From Dicyema japonicum (lineage: Eukaryota; Animalia; Dicyemida): a stretch of DNA of 64,000 nt. The position numbers and the translations under genes were made by a program. The notes beneath the pieces were generated by a model. It had not been told where the DNA came from. It saw nothing but the letters and a program-made list of their open reading frames with translations, and did not search any database. Shown here piece after piece: positions 1-12,859 of this stretch (the first letter of the stretch is position 1; every line of letters starts with the position of its first letter). The stretch spans positions 1,153,220 to 1,217,219 of the forward strand of contig RDEW01000012.1 of NCBI GenBank assembly GCA_011109175.1, in the 5' to 3' direction.

Positions 1-492
1 TAGTTGAAACTGAAGAAGTGACCCTGAAGGTTTCACCGACTGTTGAACGATTGGAGTCGAATCCTCACGTTTTCCCGGCATTATTTTCATCAAAAGTAGT
101 GCTAAATCTTGAAATGAGAAATATTAAAATGGATAAATATTATGTTGTTGTTCAGGTTGCTTTAAAATTCACCCAGATTCTGTACCCAGAACATAGTACT
201 GCCTATCATCTCATTGATGTTAATTCCTTTGCATATAGCAAAAAATTTGAGAGAATAAAGTTTGGTGGAAAAGATGATGTGAGCAAGGCTGGTTTTATTT
301 CGTCTTGTGAGAAGCATGCTATCCTGATATCCCATGAATATTGGAATGGTCAGTAATAAGATTATTTTAGGACCGAGTTATGTTGAGTTCAGAATTGGGT
401 TTTATCTCGGTGAGACAGCTTTCTTTCCTAAATTTGTGCAATTTGATGGACCTATAAAATATTTTGTTAGTCCTAAGAAATTGCGTACTTAA
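1..492 (+). CDS. INTS4: 3' part of Integrator complex subunit 4-like gene (runs off window start)
   Basis: ORF 18-356 plus a 22-nt GT-AG intron (349-370) reads ...AILISHEYWNGPSYVEFRIGFY...DGPIKYFVSPKKLRT*, with TAA at 490-492 and AATAAA overlapping the stop. This resembles the INTS4 C-terminus as I recall it (VYLSHTAWTEACQVEVR...KPVKVYIMPKPARR). Probable 21-nt in-frame intron at 156-176 (VQ|ILYP). Confidence 0.65.
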
Positions 493-1479
493 ATAAAATT
501 CTGTATTATTTGATATAGTTTTCATTGTAAATTTTTTTGATTTTTTATTACTAATATGATCTAGAAATTTTCTGTGATTAATTTTTAAAATCTATTTTGT
601 TGGTTCCCTTGCGCCTGTGAGACCGGAATTTTCGAGTCGTCTAGAGAATCGGGTTTCTACACGATCAGGAGATCCCCATGAGCGCTGCTGGTAATTTGAG
701 TGAGTTCGCTCGCCATTTGAGAGAGAATAGCCACGCACTCAGGGCAGCCGCTATATGACCATTTGCTCACTTTTTTCCTTAATAAATTGATTTATTTTTG
801 TTTACTTACATCTGAATGTATTTTATCAGTTATTCTGTCTAAGATTATGACAACTCGGATATTTGAAACCCGTACTTAAGTTGTAGTTTTATAGATATAA
901 TTTAAATAATTGATATAAAAATAGAATCGTCAAAGATATTTTTATTATCAAAGTTATTAACGTGACCCTCATAATAGATCTCGTTTTGGTAATTTTTCAA
1001 TATTTTCGTCATGAGATTTCCCCATTTATGATATTTTTTAATTTACCTCCAGTTCCTTTCAATGGAGGAAACCTGTTGTTAACAATCAAAAGCGGACTCT
1101 CTCCGAGATTATTCAAATGGATATAATATTAAGGGGCAATTGAAGCCGGGATGAACAAAATAAGAGTTTGTTCGTTTTGTAGTTGTTACGAATGTAGGAG
1201 GGGTATAGCGACGAGTTCGATTATCTATTTTTATAAAGCCACACGATGACCATAGTAAAATCGTGCCAATGAACATGAACTTCCAAGAGTTAACAAAGTT
1301 TCATTTATGACAGGCGACTGACGCCCTAAGGCTTTTGATTGCATTATGTCGTTTTAGATCAGTACAATCCCATCCTCCAATTCATTCTTCTATAATTGTG
1401 TGAATTCAAATTGTATTATCATTATTAATTGCACTTTCGAAGAACCAAAAAAAGTAATTTATTTAATTAAGGTTCCGCT

Positions 1480-3930
1480 TGTGTCGTATTTTTCTTCAGG
1501 TTATTCTTTCTCCCACAATTCTCTTAACTAACTTCCTCCATGCTCCACGGTTAAGGCAATTATTCTGAGCGTATCCAATCGTCTCCTGTTTTCAGCTTTC
1601 GTCTACATTTGTCAGGTCTTTGTGTAGAACCTCTGGCAAAGTTATGCGAGGTCTTCCACGGAACAAGGTATTCACTTCTGGGCAGAAATATTTCTCCATT
1701 GCTATTTTAGCAGGCGTCATCTGGCTCATCCAAAGCATGTGACCAACTAGACGCCATCTTGATTCAGGATATCCAGACTCAATGGTCTTGTATTACATAC
1801 TTTGTATAGATTCTTGTTTGTAATTTTTTTGGCCAGTTGATGCCAAGCAACGGAGTTGTTACGATGGAAGGCATCTAGTTTGTCCATTACCGCTTCTGAG
1901 ACACCCCAGGTTGCAGCGTTGTACATTAGGACTGGTTTCACGAAGGCATTGTATAGTCTCACACGTAATTGTGTGCTAATTTGTTTACGATGATTCCAGA
2001 CTACTCCCATTTTTCTAAAGGCCGCGACGGCCAACATCTTCCTGTTAGTGATATCCTCAGCGTCTCCGAGCAACGACCCCAATTTTTTACAGTATCTCCA
2101 TTTTTTCATCAGTTCGGGTTAATTCACGGCGTATGGTAGTTGTCTCCGTCTTTTCCGTATTGATTTTGATGAACCATTTTTCTAGACATCTGGCATCCTT
2201 GTCCGTATATAGTTTAATGTTTTCTCGTCGCTGGATATATAGTCGATATCATCTGCATAAATCACTTCAGTTTGAGGTAGATCGCCAATTAATAGTCTGA
2301 AGTCTCTGAGTGCCGCCTCCAGATATGTCACAAAAAGTACCGGTGACAAGGAATCTCCCTGCGGTACCCCGAACGTTGTCTCGAATGGGACAGACTCCAA
2401 ATTTCCAAAACGTACACTTAGCTGCGTTGTTCCAAGTAATAGACGGATCATTCTGACACTGTCCTCGTCAACCAACTTCTCCAAGATATCCAAAAGTCTC
2501 CCTCTGTGTATAGAGTCAAAGGCTTTGGACATGTCCATGCCAAGGATGCCAATAGCCCCTTGTACTTTTGATGTGTTGCACAAAGCCATCGATGTCCCAG
2601 ACCACATCAGCTGTAGATCTCCCTGACCTGAATCCGCTTTGACCGTGAGAGAGAAAGTTCTCGATGTCAGATCCAATCCTGTTCAGCACTATAAGTGATA
2701 GTGTCTTGCGTAGAGTCGTCAATAGTACGATGGGTCTTAAATTCGTTAAGGGGCCTTTAGCTTTGCCCGGTTTTTGTAGTGCAATTAGTGTGCCATTACC
2801 CACATCCAGTGGTGAGTTGTATTTGAATGTTTTGTTGTATATCTCAGTTAATAGTTCAGAGATCTCGGTCGGTGCATATTTGAGAAGTTCTGCATTTATG
2901 TTGTCAGGGCCAGCAGCTCTATTGTTGTTCAGTTTGTCCAGGGCTTTTTTTTTTCCAGAATCGTTATCTGAATATTTAGTTCTCGTGCTTCAGCATTGAA
3001 TTGTTTGATGTTTTCCCCGTGGTTTTGATTGAAGGCCTGCTGATAATGGCTGGATATGGCCTATAAAATTTCATTTTTGTTTAACATAGTCTTTCCAAAC
3101 TGATCATGTATTGTGATTTTTGATGACTGCGTGTCTCTATGTAGTAGGTGAACAGCCTTGAACATCTGCGCTCCGTTTTTGAGCCTTTCTACTTGTTTAG
3201 CCATTCCAACAAGTTTATTTTCATTTATTTACCTCGTTCTTATCTTTATTTTATACAGGGTTTGATTCCGCATGACTCTTAGAGTGTGTTCCTTTGCCTG
3301 GTCCTGACAGGTTTCGACCTGTAAACGTAGGTTCATCTGCAATTTGGATAGTTCTTCAAGCTCGTGGTCATAGTGTCCGTTGAAATGCTTCGGTTTTACT
3401 CCAACTGTTGAATGGGCCGCGCACTTTATTGCATCGATGGTGTCTTGCCACAGCTCCCCAGGAATTTTTCTTTATTCACTGTCTGATCTTTTAAAAGTCT
3501 TTAGTTTGTCTCCATTGATTGATACTCTCACCGAAGTTGGTGCATATACATTAATAATGGGGATTATGGAATTGTTCTTTTCACATTAATTTAATTGTAA
3601 AACATATATTCTATCACTCACCCTCCACGTCTTGTGGATTCGATTGTTTAGTTTTTTTTTGTATTGCAAATCCCATGCCGTCGTGTGGGCAATTCGAAGG
3701 GTGCAGAATCAGGCGGAAATCATTGATGATTTCATCTAGTCAGCCTTTTGCTTTCGTTTCCTGTAAGCACGCCACTGTTACTTTGTACGATCCAAGATCC
3801 ACGCATAAATTTCTTCTTTTAGTATCCGACTTTAATCCTCTTACATCGAACGAGCTAATAGTGAAAGATCCCAAAGAAAAGCACGAAAAAAACATGTGTG
3901 CAATAGAGCCACGTCATCAGCTCAACCACT
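1480..3930 (-). mobile_element. Degenerate RTE-clade LINE (APE endonuclease remnant + reverse transcriptase)
   Basis: Minus ORFs with LRPIVLLTTLRK, GFRSGRSTAD, DMSKAFDS, GVPQGDSLSP, YADD and RLYNAFVKPVLMYNAATW; IINVYAPT endonuclease motif near 3530-3570; multiple frameshifts. Confidence 0.88.
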
Positions 3931-4344
3931 AAAATTCAAATTGAACATCGGAAAAATAAATTGTAACTCATCTTCAGTAAAGTTAAAGACAAAAAACCTT
4001 TATTATATATTTCGGGGTTGTCTTGAACCTCTGATTCTTTTAATTCGATAGTATTTTCCAGGACAGTATTGAATTGACGATTTTTCGACTCTCAATGAAG
4101 GTTGTCGGTTGAAATGATTTTTAAATATCCGTAATTGATCTCAGGGTTTCTGTAATGTTTAGAGCTTGTACATTGATACGTATAAACCCCAGGTAGATAT
4201 GACTTAATTCAATGTTTTTCAGATAAACTGTTATTGGATAGTCCTAAGGTTCTCCACGCCTTCTACAACAAGTGTACTTGCTACGGTTAGGATAAGTTGA
4301 GCTTTTTCGATTACGTTTGAGACGTGTTTTCAAAATAACAGTCA

Positions 4345-5246
4345 AGTATGTCTAGGAAATTCTATTCATTCTCAGAAAAGCACCCCATGGCAATTCGTCT
4401 TTTGATTTCCAAGCCTCGTCACCATTCCGATTAATTAGACATCCCAGAAAGACAACATTATCACAACTCTCTATTTTCTCATTCCTAATTTATAGTTCCA
4501 TTATTTCATTATTAGCAGTCGTCATAATTTTGGTCTTGATATTTAGCAATAAGCCAAAGACGGCGCTCTCTTCTCTGAATGTTAGAATCAACTCCCTGAG
4601 GCCATCCTCTGTTTCAGCCAGTAAGGTTGCATCGTCAGCATAGCGCAAATTATTGATGTTTCTGCCTCCAGTTATTTGACACAGTATTGATACAGTTGTC
4701 ATGGGACGCCTTCCTGAGAATTAATAGAATTTGGAAAAGCAAAGATATTTGCTTAAGGACCAAATGCAGACTGGTTAATGCAACCGTGTTCCCGGTTTTT
4801 CTATACGGCGCAGAATCATGGATACTGGAAAAGGCGAATTGACGAAAATTGATGCTTTTGAACTTTGGTGCTGGAGTAGTTTACTAAGAATCCTTTGGAC
4901 TTCCAAAATAACAAACACCGATATACTCAAACGGGTGGAGACGGACATTTCGCTAAAAGGAAGAATCTTAAAACACAGATTGCCGTTCTTTGGGCATGTT
5001 GTCCGCTCTGATTACCTGGAAAGAACCATTATGCTGAGCAATATTACTGAAGAGAGAAGATCTGGTCGACCGAGGACTCAGTGGCTACCCACGGTAGAAG
5101 ACATCACAGTACCTATATCAAGGCTACTCCAAATTGCTACGGATCGGGGAGAGTGGAGAAAATTGGCTCATGATATTTCCAAGGGTCGGACCCGACTTAA
5201 TTTGGATAACATAACATATACGGAAAATTATTGGTCTGGAATGTAA
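4345..5246. mobile_element. RTE/BovB-like LINE 3' fragment with its 5' portion inverted
   Basis: 4345-4702 minus encodes NINNLRYADDATLLAE...; 4699-5246 plus continues FLRINRIWKSKD...IDAFELWCW...GHVVR...GRPRTQW. Confidence 0.85.
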
Positions 5247-6640
5247 ACAGTGTGGATACCTTCTCTATCTGGCTAAGATAACGAATCTGCATTGCCGTAT
5301 TACATGGAAACGCATGCGCAATTTTGTNAATCAATTAACATTTAAAAATTAAAAAAATGTTTACAAAACGTTCCCTAGTTCGACTGTTTTGCTTTGCTTT
5401 AAAAAAACAACACTGGGACAGAGCTTTCAGGATTTATCTCTCTCTTTTAAAAAAGGTTAACTTCAGGAAAATCTCAGGCATATATTAAGACAAATAATAA
5501 TATCAGTGCTGATATTTTCTCTCTAAATTCTCCCCAATCTTACATAGTCGGATAACTAGAACATAATGCTGTACCTCATTTTTAAAGTAAAAGTATCTAC
5601 TGGAGTTCTCCTCGAAGTTCAAATCTGTCTTCACCCACATAAAAGTACCAGTTTCCTTCGCAACAACGACTTCCATGAGGATTTACATGTTCTATTTGAG
5701 ACGGAAATAGAAACTTCTACGGCTACGCACAAGCTTCTGTGGCAGAGAACATTTGACTACGAGTCTCTTTTTTGTAACCGACTAGGCAGGGGTAACAAAA
5801 TGGTATCACGAAAATCTTCACTAGGGGCGGAAGTAGACCTATCAGAAAAATATTAATTCGACTGATAGAGTCAAAACATTCGTTAAGAGTGCAAGATTTA
5901 ACAAAAGTTACAATTAGGTACGTGAAACTTTAGTTCCATTTCTTGGCAGTGCTTTCCTTTTTTACGATTCCGTGTTTAAATATATGTGTAGAGGATCTGA
6001 GTTTTTTTCTTATAACCTAGTTTTTTTTCAACTACCTCTCATATAGAGCATATTAGGCTGCCCTTTTCATCCATTAACAACGAAAATCTGATCACTGCCC
6101 TTCTTGACTCCGAAGAGCGATTTAAAAATGAAAATCACGTTTTACATCTATAACGACGAAATCCCACGTGGGCGTGAAATAAAAATGTTTCTTTTAATAT
6201 ATGGTGTTGGGTTTTCAAAGTTTCTTCGTTTCTATAAACATTCAAAATCATAGAATGCATTGTGAAGAGGACAAGGCATGTACAGCATAAGAAACCATCA
6301 TCATGATCAGTTTCCTTCAGTATTTCTCGTTTATACTATTTGTGTATCTTTTCGTAGTCATCTTAGTCCACCAAACCAAAGGGGGTCGAACTTAAGGGTC
6401 GAGGGTAAAAGTTCTAAGATTAATGATTATTCTTTATCCAAAAGTTTATCGGATTATTACTCATTGCAAATCAATGATAATGGATTCTTTACTGTTAGCT
6501 ACTATGTAAAGAAGAATGTTTAGATCACAAAATAAAAAAAAATATATTTTTACATCACAAAATAAAAATAAAACTTTCATTGGAAAAATAATTAATAATA
6601 TTAAAATTACATATAGTACATTGGTTACAAGGTCCTCGTT

Positions 6641-6920
6641 ATTCCTATAGTAATGACATGGGAAGGCATTGTAACTAAGTATTACAAGGGTTATCTGAAG
6701 CAGCTGGGGGTAGATAGGAAGCTCCAGGCCTATCTACAGTCCACTGTGTTAAAACGGACCTTAGAGAGCCTGACACTGTAGTATAGGAGGCAGAGCCCTG
6801 AGATGCATATGGGCAGAGGGTTTAATTAAGCAAGGCGCTTTCGGAGTTATTTCAACAACCAGAATCGAACCTGCCTGAGGAGGCTGGCGAACAGGCAGGC
6901 GAAGAAAGTTGTTGATTATT
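6641..6920 (+). mobile_element. 3' fragment of an RLE-type (R4/NeSL-like) non-LTR element
   Basis: IPIVMTWEGIVTKYYKGYLKQLG...AYLQSTVLKRTLES, homologous to the C-terminus of ORF 26301-27410. Confidence 0.8.
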
Positions 6921-7227
6921 AAAAAATACTAATTATAAAACATATATCTAGTGAACCTAACACGTGATACCTTAGAAAAAATTAGGATCTACTGTGCTAC
7001 TGGTAAGATCGATAATGGCCCTGACTGGAGAGAACGGGCAAAAATCAAAAGATTTGAAACCCTACATCAGAGCTTTTCAAAAAATAATTCTCGCAGCACA
7101 CTAATCGTAAAAAAACAATCCACGGCACACATTACAAAATAAAAAATTAAAATTTTAAGATGTGTAAAACTAAGTACAAAATTTGGTAATTTAATGCTTA
7201 AATTTTTATTAATAAAAAAATGAAATT

Positions 7228-8060
7228 TTAATTATTATTGTTTTTGCATAAATCATCAATATCAGGTCGAATGGATGACAAAGCCACTCGCATTTCAGCA
7301 TCAATGTTTCTCAAACTTTCACGTTTGTTATATTTCATATTATGCAGCGTAGAAGAACCTGTTTCGCATAAATAGGTCGTTGAAAACTGTAAAATTATGG
7401 TTAGTGCTTGTTTTGATAAACTGGGATATATGTTTCGAAGATATATCCAGAATTCTCCAATGTCTAACTCCGTCATCATTAATTTTAAGGATCGATCATT
7501 AAACAGTGCAATAAGTTCTTCATTTTCTTTAACAGATAAGTGTTTTGATTCTGACACAAGAAAAGGATTTTGTATCGAAAAAATATTAAAAAATAATAAC
7601 CAAATCGAATTTTACAATTTCTAAGTCTGGAAAATCAAGTTGTAATGAAAACCTAGTTTCTTTAATAGAAAATGAGACATTATTTTCAACATTCTTCGAC
7701 AAAGCACAAATCGAACGAAAAACAGTGTTATGTGACAAAGGTATCTTAATTATTTTTTGTTCATGTTTATGACTAAACATAGTCCGAGCAATAATACGAC
7801 AAGCAGGGATTATCAACTTTTCGCCAATATTGTGTGGCACGCAAGTTGATGCGGACGCACGTTGATGCGTACGTTATTAAAAAATTAATAATTAATGGTT
7901 AACCAGTGTAAATGTCATTTAATATATAATAAAAAATGATTATTTTAATTTTAGTAATTATTTTAATTTGTTTATCTTTTTAAATTAATTAGGTCAAAAA
8001 ATGTATATAAATTTATTCAAATTTGTATTTGGCAGGGGGCACACCGTTTGACAACCTCTG
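7228..8060 (-). mobile_element. Internally deleted hAT transposon (ZBED8/SCAND3-like transposase)
   Basis: PHNIGEKLIIPAC...IPLSHNTV...FSLQLD joined to the C-terminal dimerisation motif FSTTYLCETG...MRVALSSIRPDI; TIR CAGAGGTTGTCAAAC on the minus strand ending at 8060. Confidence 0.8.
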
Positions 8061-8159
8061 GCCTACATTATAAAAAATGGAATAGAACTGAGATACTTTT
8101 GTCTGGAAGAAGGAGAATTTAAGAAAATACATTGATTTTTTATCTCATCCAATTTATTT

Positions 8160-9230
8160 TAGGCTAAGCATAATCACTTTGGACTAAATAAATTATATAG
8201 TTTATTATCACTTACCCTTTATGGTGCTACACGTAAAGAAGTTAGTGGTCTCTAAATGTGTTTATTGTCAGGTATCAAATATAGTAATATTAGTCAAAAC
8301 GATTGCTTGCAACTAAACCTGAAATTAAACCAATCATTGCTTATGCTCCAAGAGATCGGTATATTGTAGATCTTGTTGATTTACGTTGATATTCTTCTCA
8401 AAATAAAAACTATTTTTGAGTAATTAGTTTGCAATATATTTATCAGATTATGGTTCTTATAAACTCATTTTCTAAATTTGCTGTTGTTGAAAGTGCCTTC
8501 ACCAAATCTGGAATTGAGATATCCAGAATTCTAAAGAATATTTTTTCTCATTGGACCGCCTATTATCCTACATACGGATAATGGCAAGGAATTCAAAAAT
8601 CAGCACATGCAAGAGTTATGCGATAAATTTTCCATTTTCCATGTTACAGGACGTCCATGAGTTCCTTGGATACAAAGACAAGTAGAGCGGTTTTTGTTTT
8701 TTCATCTCAATAGATTTAACCAATCAATTAAAAGATGTGTTTCTTTCACGAGTTCATCCAAGAGATATTTTTGAAATTATATTGATAGATCAAACCATCC
8801 TACAAGACAGCGGAATTTTGAGATTTTTTACAACATTAATCTGGAAAAAAATACGATCAGGAAAAATAGAATCGTTAATAAATTTTCGGCAAAGATGAAG
8901 AAGATCCAATAGAATTTTCATCCTGAATAATTTAAAAAAAAGAAAAAAGAGAAATTGCTTTTGAAAATACTATAAAATCCGGTGAAAAAATGAAAAAACG
9001 CAGAAGATGGAAATATGATGAACTCTATTCAGAAGACGAAATTTCATTACGTCATGATAGGGATGCCAATGAGGGAAATTGGCGCCACCCATTAATTGAC
9101 GAATTTTCTACAAAAAAGTACCAAGTTGTCAGTAAGAAAGGAGAATTGAAAACTATTTTTGACCAGGAAGAAAATAATGAATATAACACAGTCATATTAG
9201 TCGAGCTAAAAAATTGTGACCTTTGAAATT
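8160..9230 (+). mobile_element. Ginger-like / KRBA2-like DDE integrase transposon remnant containing micro-introns
   Basis: HNHFG...CVYCQ zinc-binding motif, then PRDRYIVDLVDLR, ILHTDNGKEFKN and GRP.VPWIQRQVER|FNQSIKR; putative introns at 8272-8293, 8420-8446 and 8690-8713; stops and frameshifts present. Confidence 0.72.
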
Positions 9231-9292
9231 TTTAAAGATTAGTGTTTTTTTTAAATTGGATTACTTTTATGATTACTAACATTACTTGAATT

Positions 9293-9422
9293 AAGGCTAG
9301 AGTTAGGGTTAGAGTTAGCGTTTTGGGTTAGTTAGGTTTTAGTGTTAGGTTTTAGGGATAAAGTTTAGTGTCAGGGTTTAGAGTTAGGGTTAGATTTAAG
9401 GGTAGGGTTTAGGGTTAGGGTT
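9293..9422 (+). repeat. Degenerate TTAGGG-like hexamer array (interstitial)
   Basis: agttagggttagagttagcg...gggtttagggttaggg with 6-nt periodicity. Confidence 0.85.
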
Positions 9423-9589
9423 GATTTAAAATAGTTTCGCTTGACAGATTGTAATTTTAAATATTTATTTTAAAAATTAAAAAAATGAATAAATTTTAGA
9501 GCTAAATTAGTATAGCTAACCATTTTCACGTTATTTTATAATAAAATCTTAAATTTTTACGTAATTTTATAATAAAATCTTTCCCTTCC

Positions 9590-11130
9590 AACTGGGGAGG
9601 TGGTGTAAGGAACGCTGCGAGGTGTTTTTTTGGACAGAAAGACGAACAAAACCCGCACAGTGGGGTCAACTTGGACATCTACGATGCTTTCAATTTACTG
9701 AGGAGAAATCAAATTTTCGAAACTACAAGCAAACGAGCCCCGGAACTTATTCCACTTGTCTTCCTCGCTTACGAAACTAATTCTTCACAGGTTTTCGGGG
9801 ACAAGATTATCTGTTTGGAGACCGGAGTTCAACAAGGGACCCACTTGGTCCACTACTCTTCACTCTGGCCATCGATGAAATTGTCCGCTCTATAAACACA
9901 CAACTAACCTCTGGTATCTTTATGACGACACAATTGGAGGGCCGTGAGAAAAGTTCACGACGTTCTGTCACATGCCGTATCGGCACTACGACACCTCGGA
10001 CTTGAGATAAACATAAAGAAATCGGTGCTTATAAATATCACATACTCGGAGAGTGATTTTATCAACGTGGTCGAGTCTTTCAACTCGGTCTACCTGGAAT
10101 TACTGTCGTTCCCAGGGGGCGGACATACTTTCTTGGGTGCCCACTTGACGAAAAGGAACTGCGGAGCAATCAACTAACAAAAGAGGATAAACTCTCTAGA
10201 GTCACAGAAACTCCTTACTCGATGGTCATACAGCGTTTTTCCTTTTGAAAAATAGCATCGGCTTGACCAAACTCTTATATGCTCACCGATGTTCTCCCTG
10301 CTTCAAACATCGTGACATCCTCCTGTCACTGGATAGGACATTGAGAAAATCAGCTGAATTTCTTCAAAATATCCACTTTGATGTGACGTGCTGGAACCAA
10401 TGAAAGCTTCCAACACGCTTCGGAGAACGGGTCTCAGGTCGGCGCTGGAGATCGTCTTTCTAGCATTTGTGTCATCGCTCTCAAGTGGAAGCCTTTTGGT
10501 CTAAAATATCCTACGTTTTCCAACCGGACTTTTTTGGGAAAAAGTCTTCGACGAAGCTCTTCGCGAATGTTGTGAAACTGGTTTGGATATGCCGAAAGAT
10601 CCTTCGAGGCAACGTCACTGGGATAATAATCTACTCCAAGAAAATCTTCTACTGCTAAAGTCTGTGGCCAACCATTGGCAGCCGGAGAGCGCGTGGCTGG
10701 ATGCACTCCCGTGTTTTTCCCTGGGGACCCATTTGGACGATGACTGTATTCGGATTGGATCACACAACGCCAAGGATATCTTTCCGTCACTAAAGAAAAT
10801 CGCTCGTATGGAACTGCACTGTTGTGGATTCTTTCTCGAACTCGATGATACTCAGCTCGGCACAGTCTGCTGGATCGGCAGCCGATCTGGCCGAGAAAAT
10901 CAAGATTAAAAAAATATGGCGAAATTGGAGACCGCTACCTTTGTACCGGTATCATCGAGACGTCTGGTGCGGCTGAAGTATTACAGCCTCTTTCTTAAAG
11001 GAAATCCGGGGGGAAATTGGCCCACCGCAAGAAAGACGTCCGGGAAGCGGTCTGACTGAAGCAACGAATTGGTATTGCAGTTGTCCGCGGAAACGCTTAA
11101 TCCGTTATGTCAGCAGCCGCTCTCCCCACA
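9590..11130 (+). mobile_element. CRE-clade-like non-LTR retrotransposon (RT + restriction-like endonuclease), 5'-truncated and degenerate
   Basis: LDIYDAFN...TGVQQGD-PLGPLLFSLAIDEIV...NLWYLYDD; ESAWLDALPCFSLGTHLDDDCIRIG; 3' terminal RIGIAVVRGN. Confidence 0.8.
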
Positions 11131-11884
11131 GTTAATAAATAATATTTTATAGTTAATAAATTTTTCACAAAAAAATCTTAAATCGATACGTAATTGATTA
11201 GAATTTGGTGTCATTTTGGTTCTCTAGTAATTCCTACAATCACAACTAAGAGTATAAAACTTATAAAATTTTAGATTTTTAATGATATTTGATACAAATA
11301 ATTCCAAAAATGTGATTTTTATTGAAAATTATGAATCGCGTATAAATTGTGACAGTTTATTTAACTTTTTTTCTACCAAAAAGTTTTTAATGACACTTCC
11401 ATAAGTTTGAATCTGGACAAATATATTTTAATTTAGCATTTTCGATTTTTTTGCTGGCATTATACTCGGCATTTTTCAAGATATAATTTAAAATCACACG
11501 GATCCTATTCAAATTTGATTGACACTAACTTTTATTGCGTTCATAGCGATATAAAAGGCATATATAAAAGGCATTTTCCACAATAATTGGATGTTATACA
11601 AAAATCAATATTCCAAATTTTTCGTTAAATTATGATTGTAATAAGCTTTATCGTTTTCCAGAATTATTCCATCATCTGAAAGAGTTCACAAATTCAGATA
11701 TTTGTACTATAAATAAATATCAACTTCCACATCAGGAAGCAATCCAATCTTATCGAATAACTTTTGGCGAGATTTATTGTTCAAAAGTCATCTTTATATA
11801 TGACATTAAATTAATGTAAACGAATTATCAAACACAGTTAGATAGGCGAAATTAGAAAAATATTTTAACTATTTTTTTCTGACC

Positions 11885-11965
11885 ATAACCCCCAACCCTA
11901 ACTCTGATCCCTATCACTAACCTTAATCTATAACCCCCAAAACTAACCCTGACTCTAATCCTGTT
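11885..11965 (-). repeat. Degenerate CCCTAA-like hexamer array
   Basis: ataacccccaaccctaactctgatccctatcactaaccttaatctataacccccaaaactaaccctgactctaatcc. Confidence 0.7.
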
Positions 11966-12044
11966 CTGAAAGAATAATAGAAGGAAAGCAATTCAATTCT
12001 CACATTAATTTTAGTAAATAATATATTTAATTTTATTAAAAAAC

Positions 12045-12115
12045 ATTTTTGCGGCCCGAGAACCAAATTTTAATTATTGACTTGGCCCGCAGACCGAACG
12101 GGTTGGAATTACTGA
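12045..12115. mobile_element. hAT/MITE terminal fragment
   Basis: gcggcccg...ggcccgc subterminal motifs followed by gttggaattactg, a CAG-type TIR. Confidence 0.5.
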
Positions 12116-12439
12116 TCTATTCATTTTTCTAATCATAACTCATATCAAATGAATGAATCATTACTTTTTGCTGATTAATTATTATTTTTTATTTATCATT
12201 AGTATCGCTTAATAAATTTTATTAAAAATAAATAAATTTAAATAAATTGTTTCCGTTGCCGGATCGAACCGACTGGTCTATTTGACAACGGAAGACGCCC
12301 TGACGGCATGACCTCCTTTCCTTTTGAGCGAGGGCGAAACCTTGTATGGGATGTGACCTGTGTCTGCTCTTTCGCTCCAAGCAAAAAAAAATAATTAACC
12401 GGGCAGACCTTCTTCTCAAGCAGAGTAAATGAAAAATGC

Positions 12440-12640
12440 TAAGTATTCGGATATCAGCGACAGGTACATTTTCGCATCTGTCGCGATTGAAACTTCGGGG
12501 AACTTTAAAAAAACCTGAATCATCTTGGAAAACTACTATCCGACAAAACTGGTGATCTTCGTGAGACGAAATGGCTCAAGGAGAGGCTCTCGTTGGCTGT
12601 TGTCCGTGGGAATAGCTTATGCATCCCAACTGCTGAATAA
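12440..12640 (+). mobile_element. CRE-like 3' end fragment
   Basis: KYSDISDRYIFASVAIETSG...ETKWLKERLSLAVVRGNS. Confidence 0.75.
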
Positions 12641-12859
12641 TTAAAATTAAAATTAACTATTCTTTTTCCTTATAATAAAATTAAATTGTGATCTTGTTGA
12701 GCATTTTCTTTCTATCCTCGGAAGAGAAGGTATAATTCAATAAAAAGTTAAATTACAGACATAAACAAAATTATAATCGACTAAATCAAATTTATAATAA
12801 TTTGATCGAAATCCATTCAGATTACAAGGACTTAATAAAACTCTCTATTTTCACACAAA

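Noticed and set aside
2664-2999. Plus-strand 111-aa ORF and many similar short ORFs in the track
   Set aside because: Antisense shadows of retroelement or gene coding frames, with no independent motifs.
5328-5328. Single N base
   Set aside because: Assembly ambiguity only.
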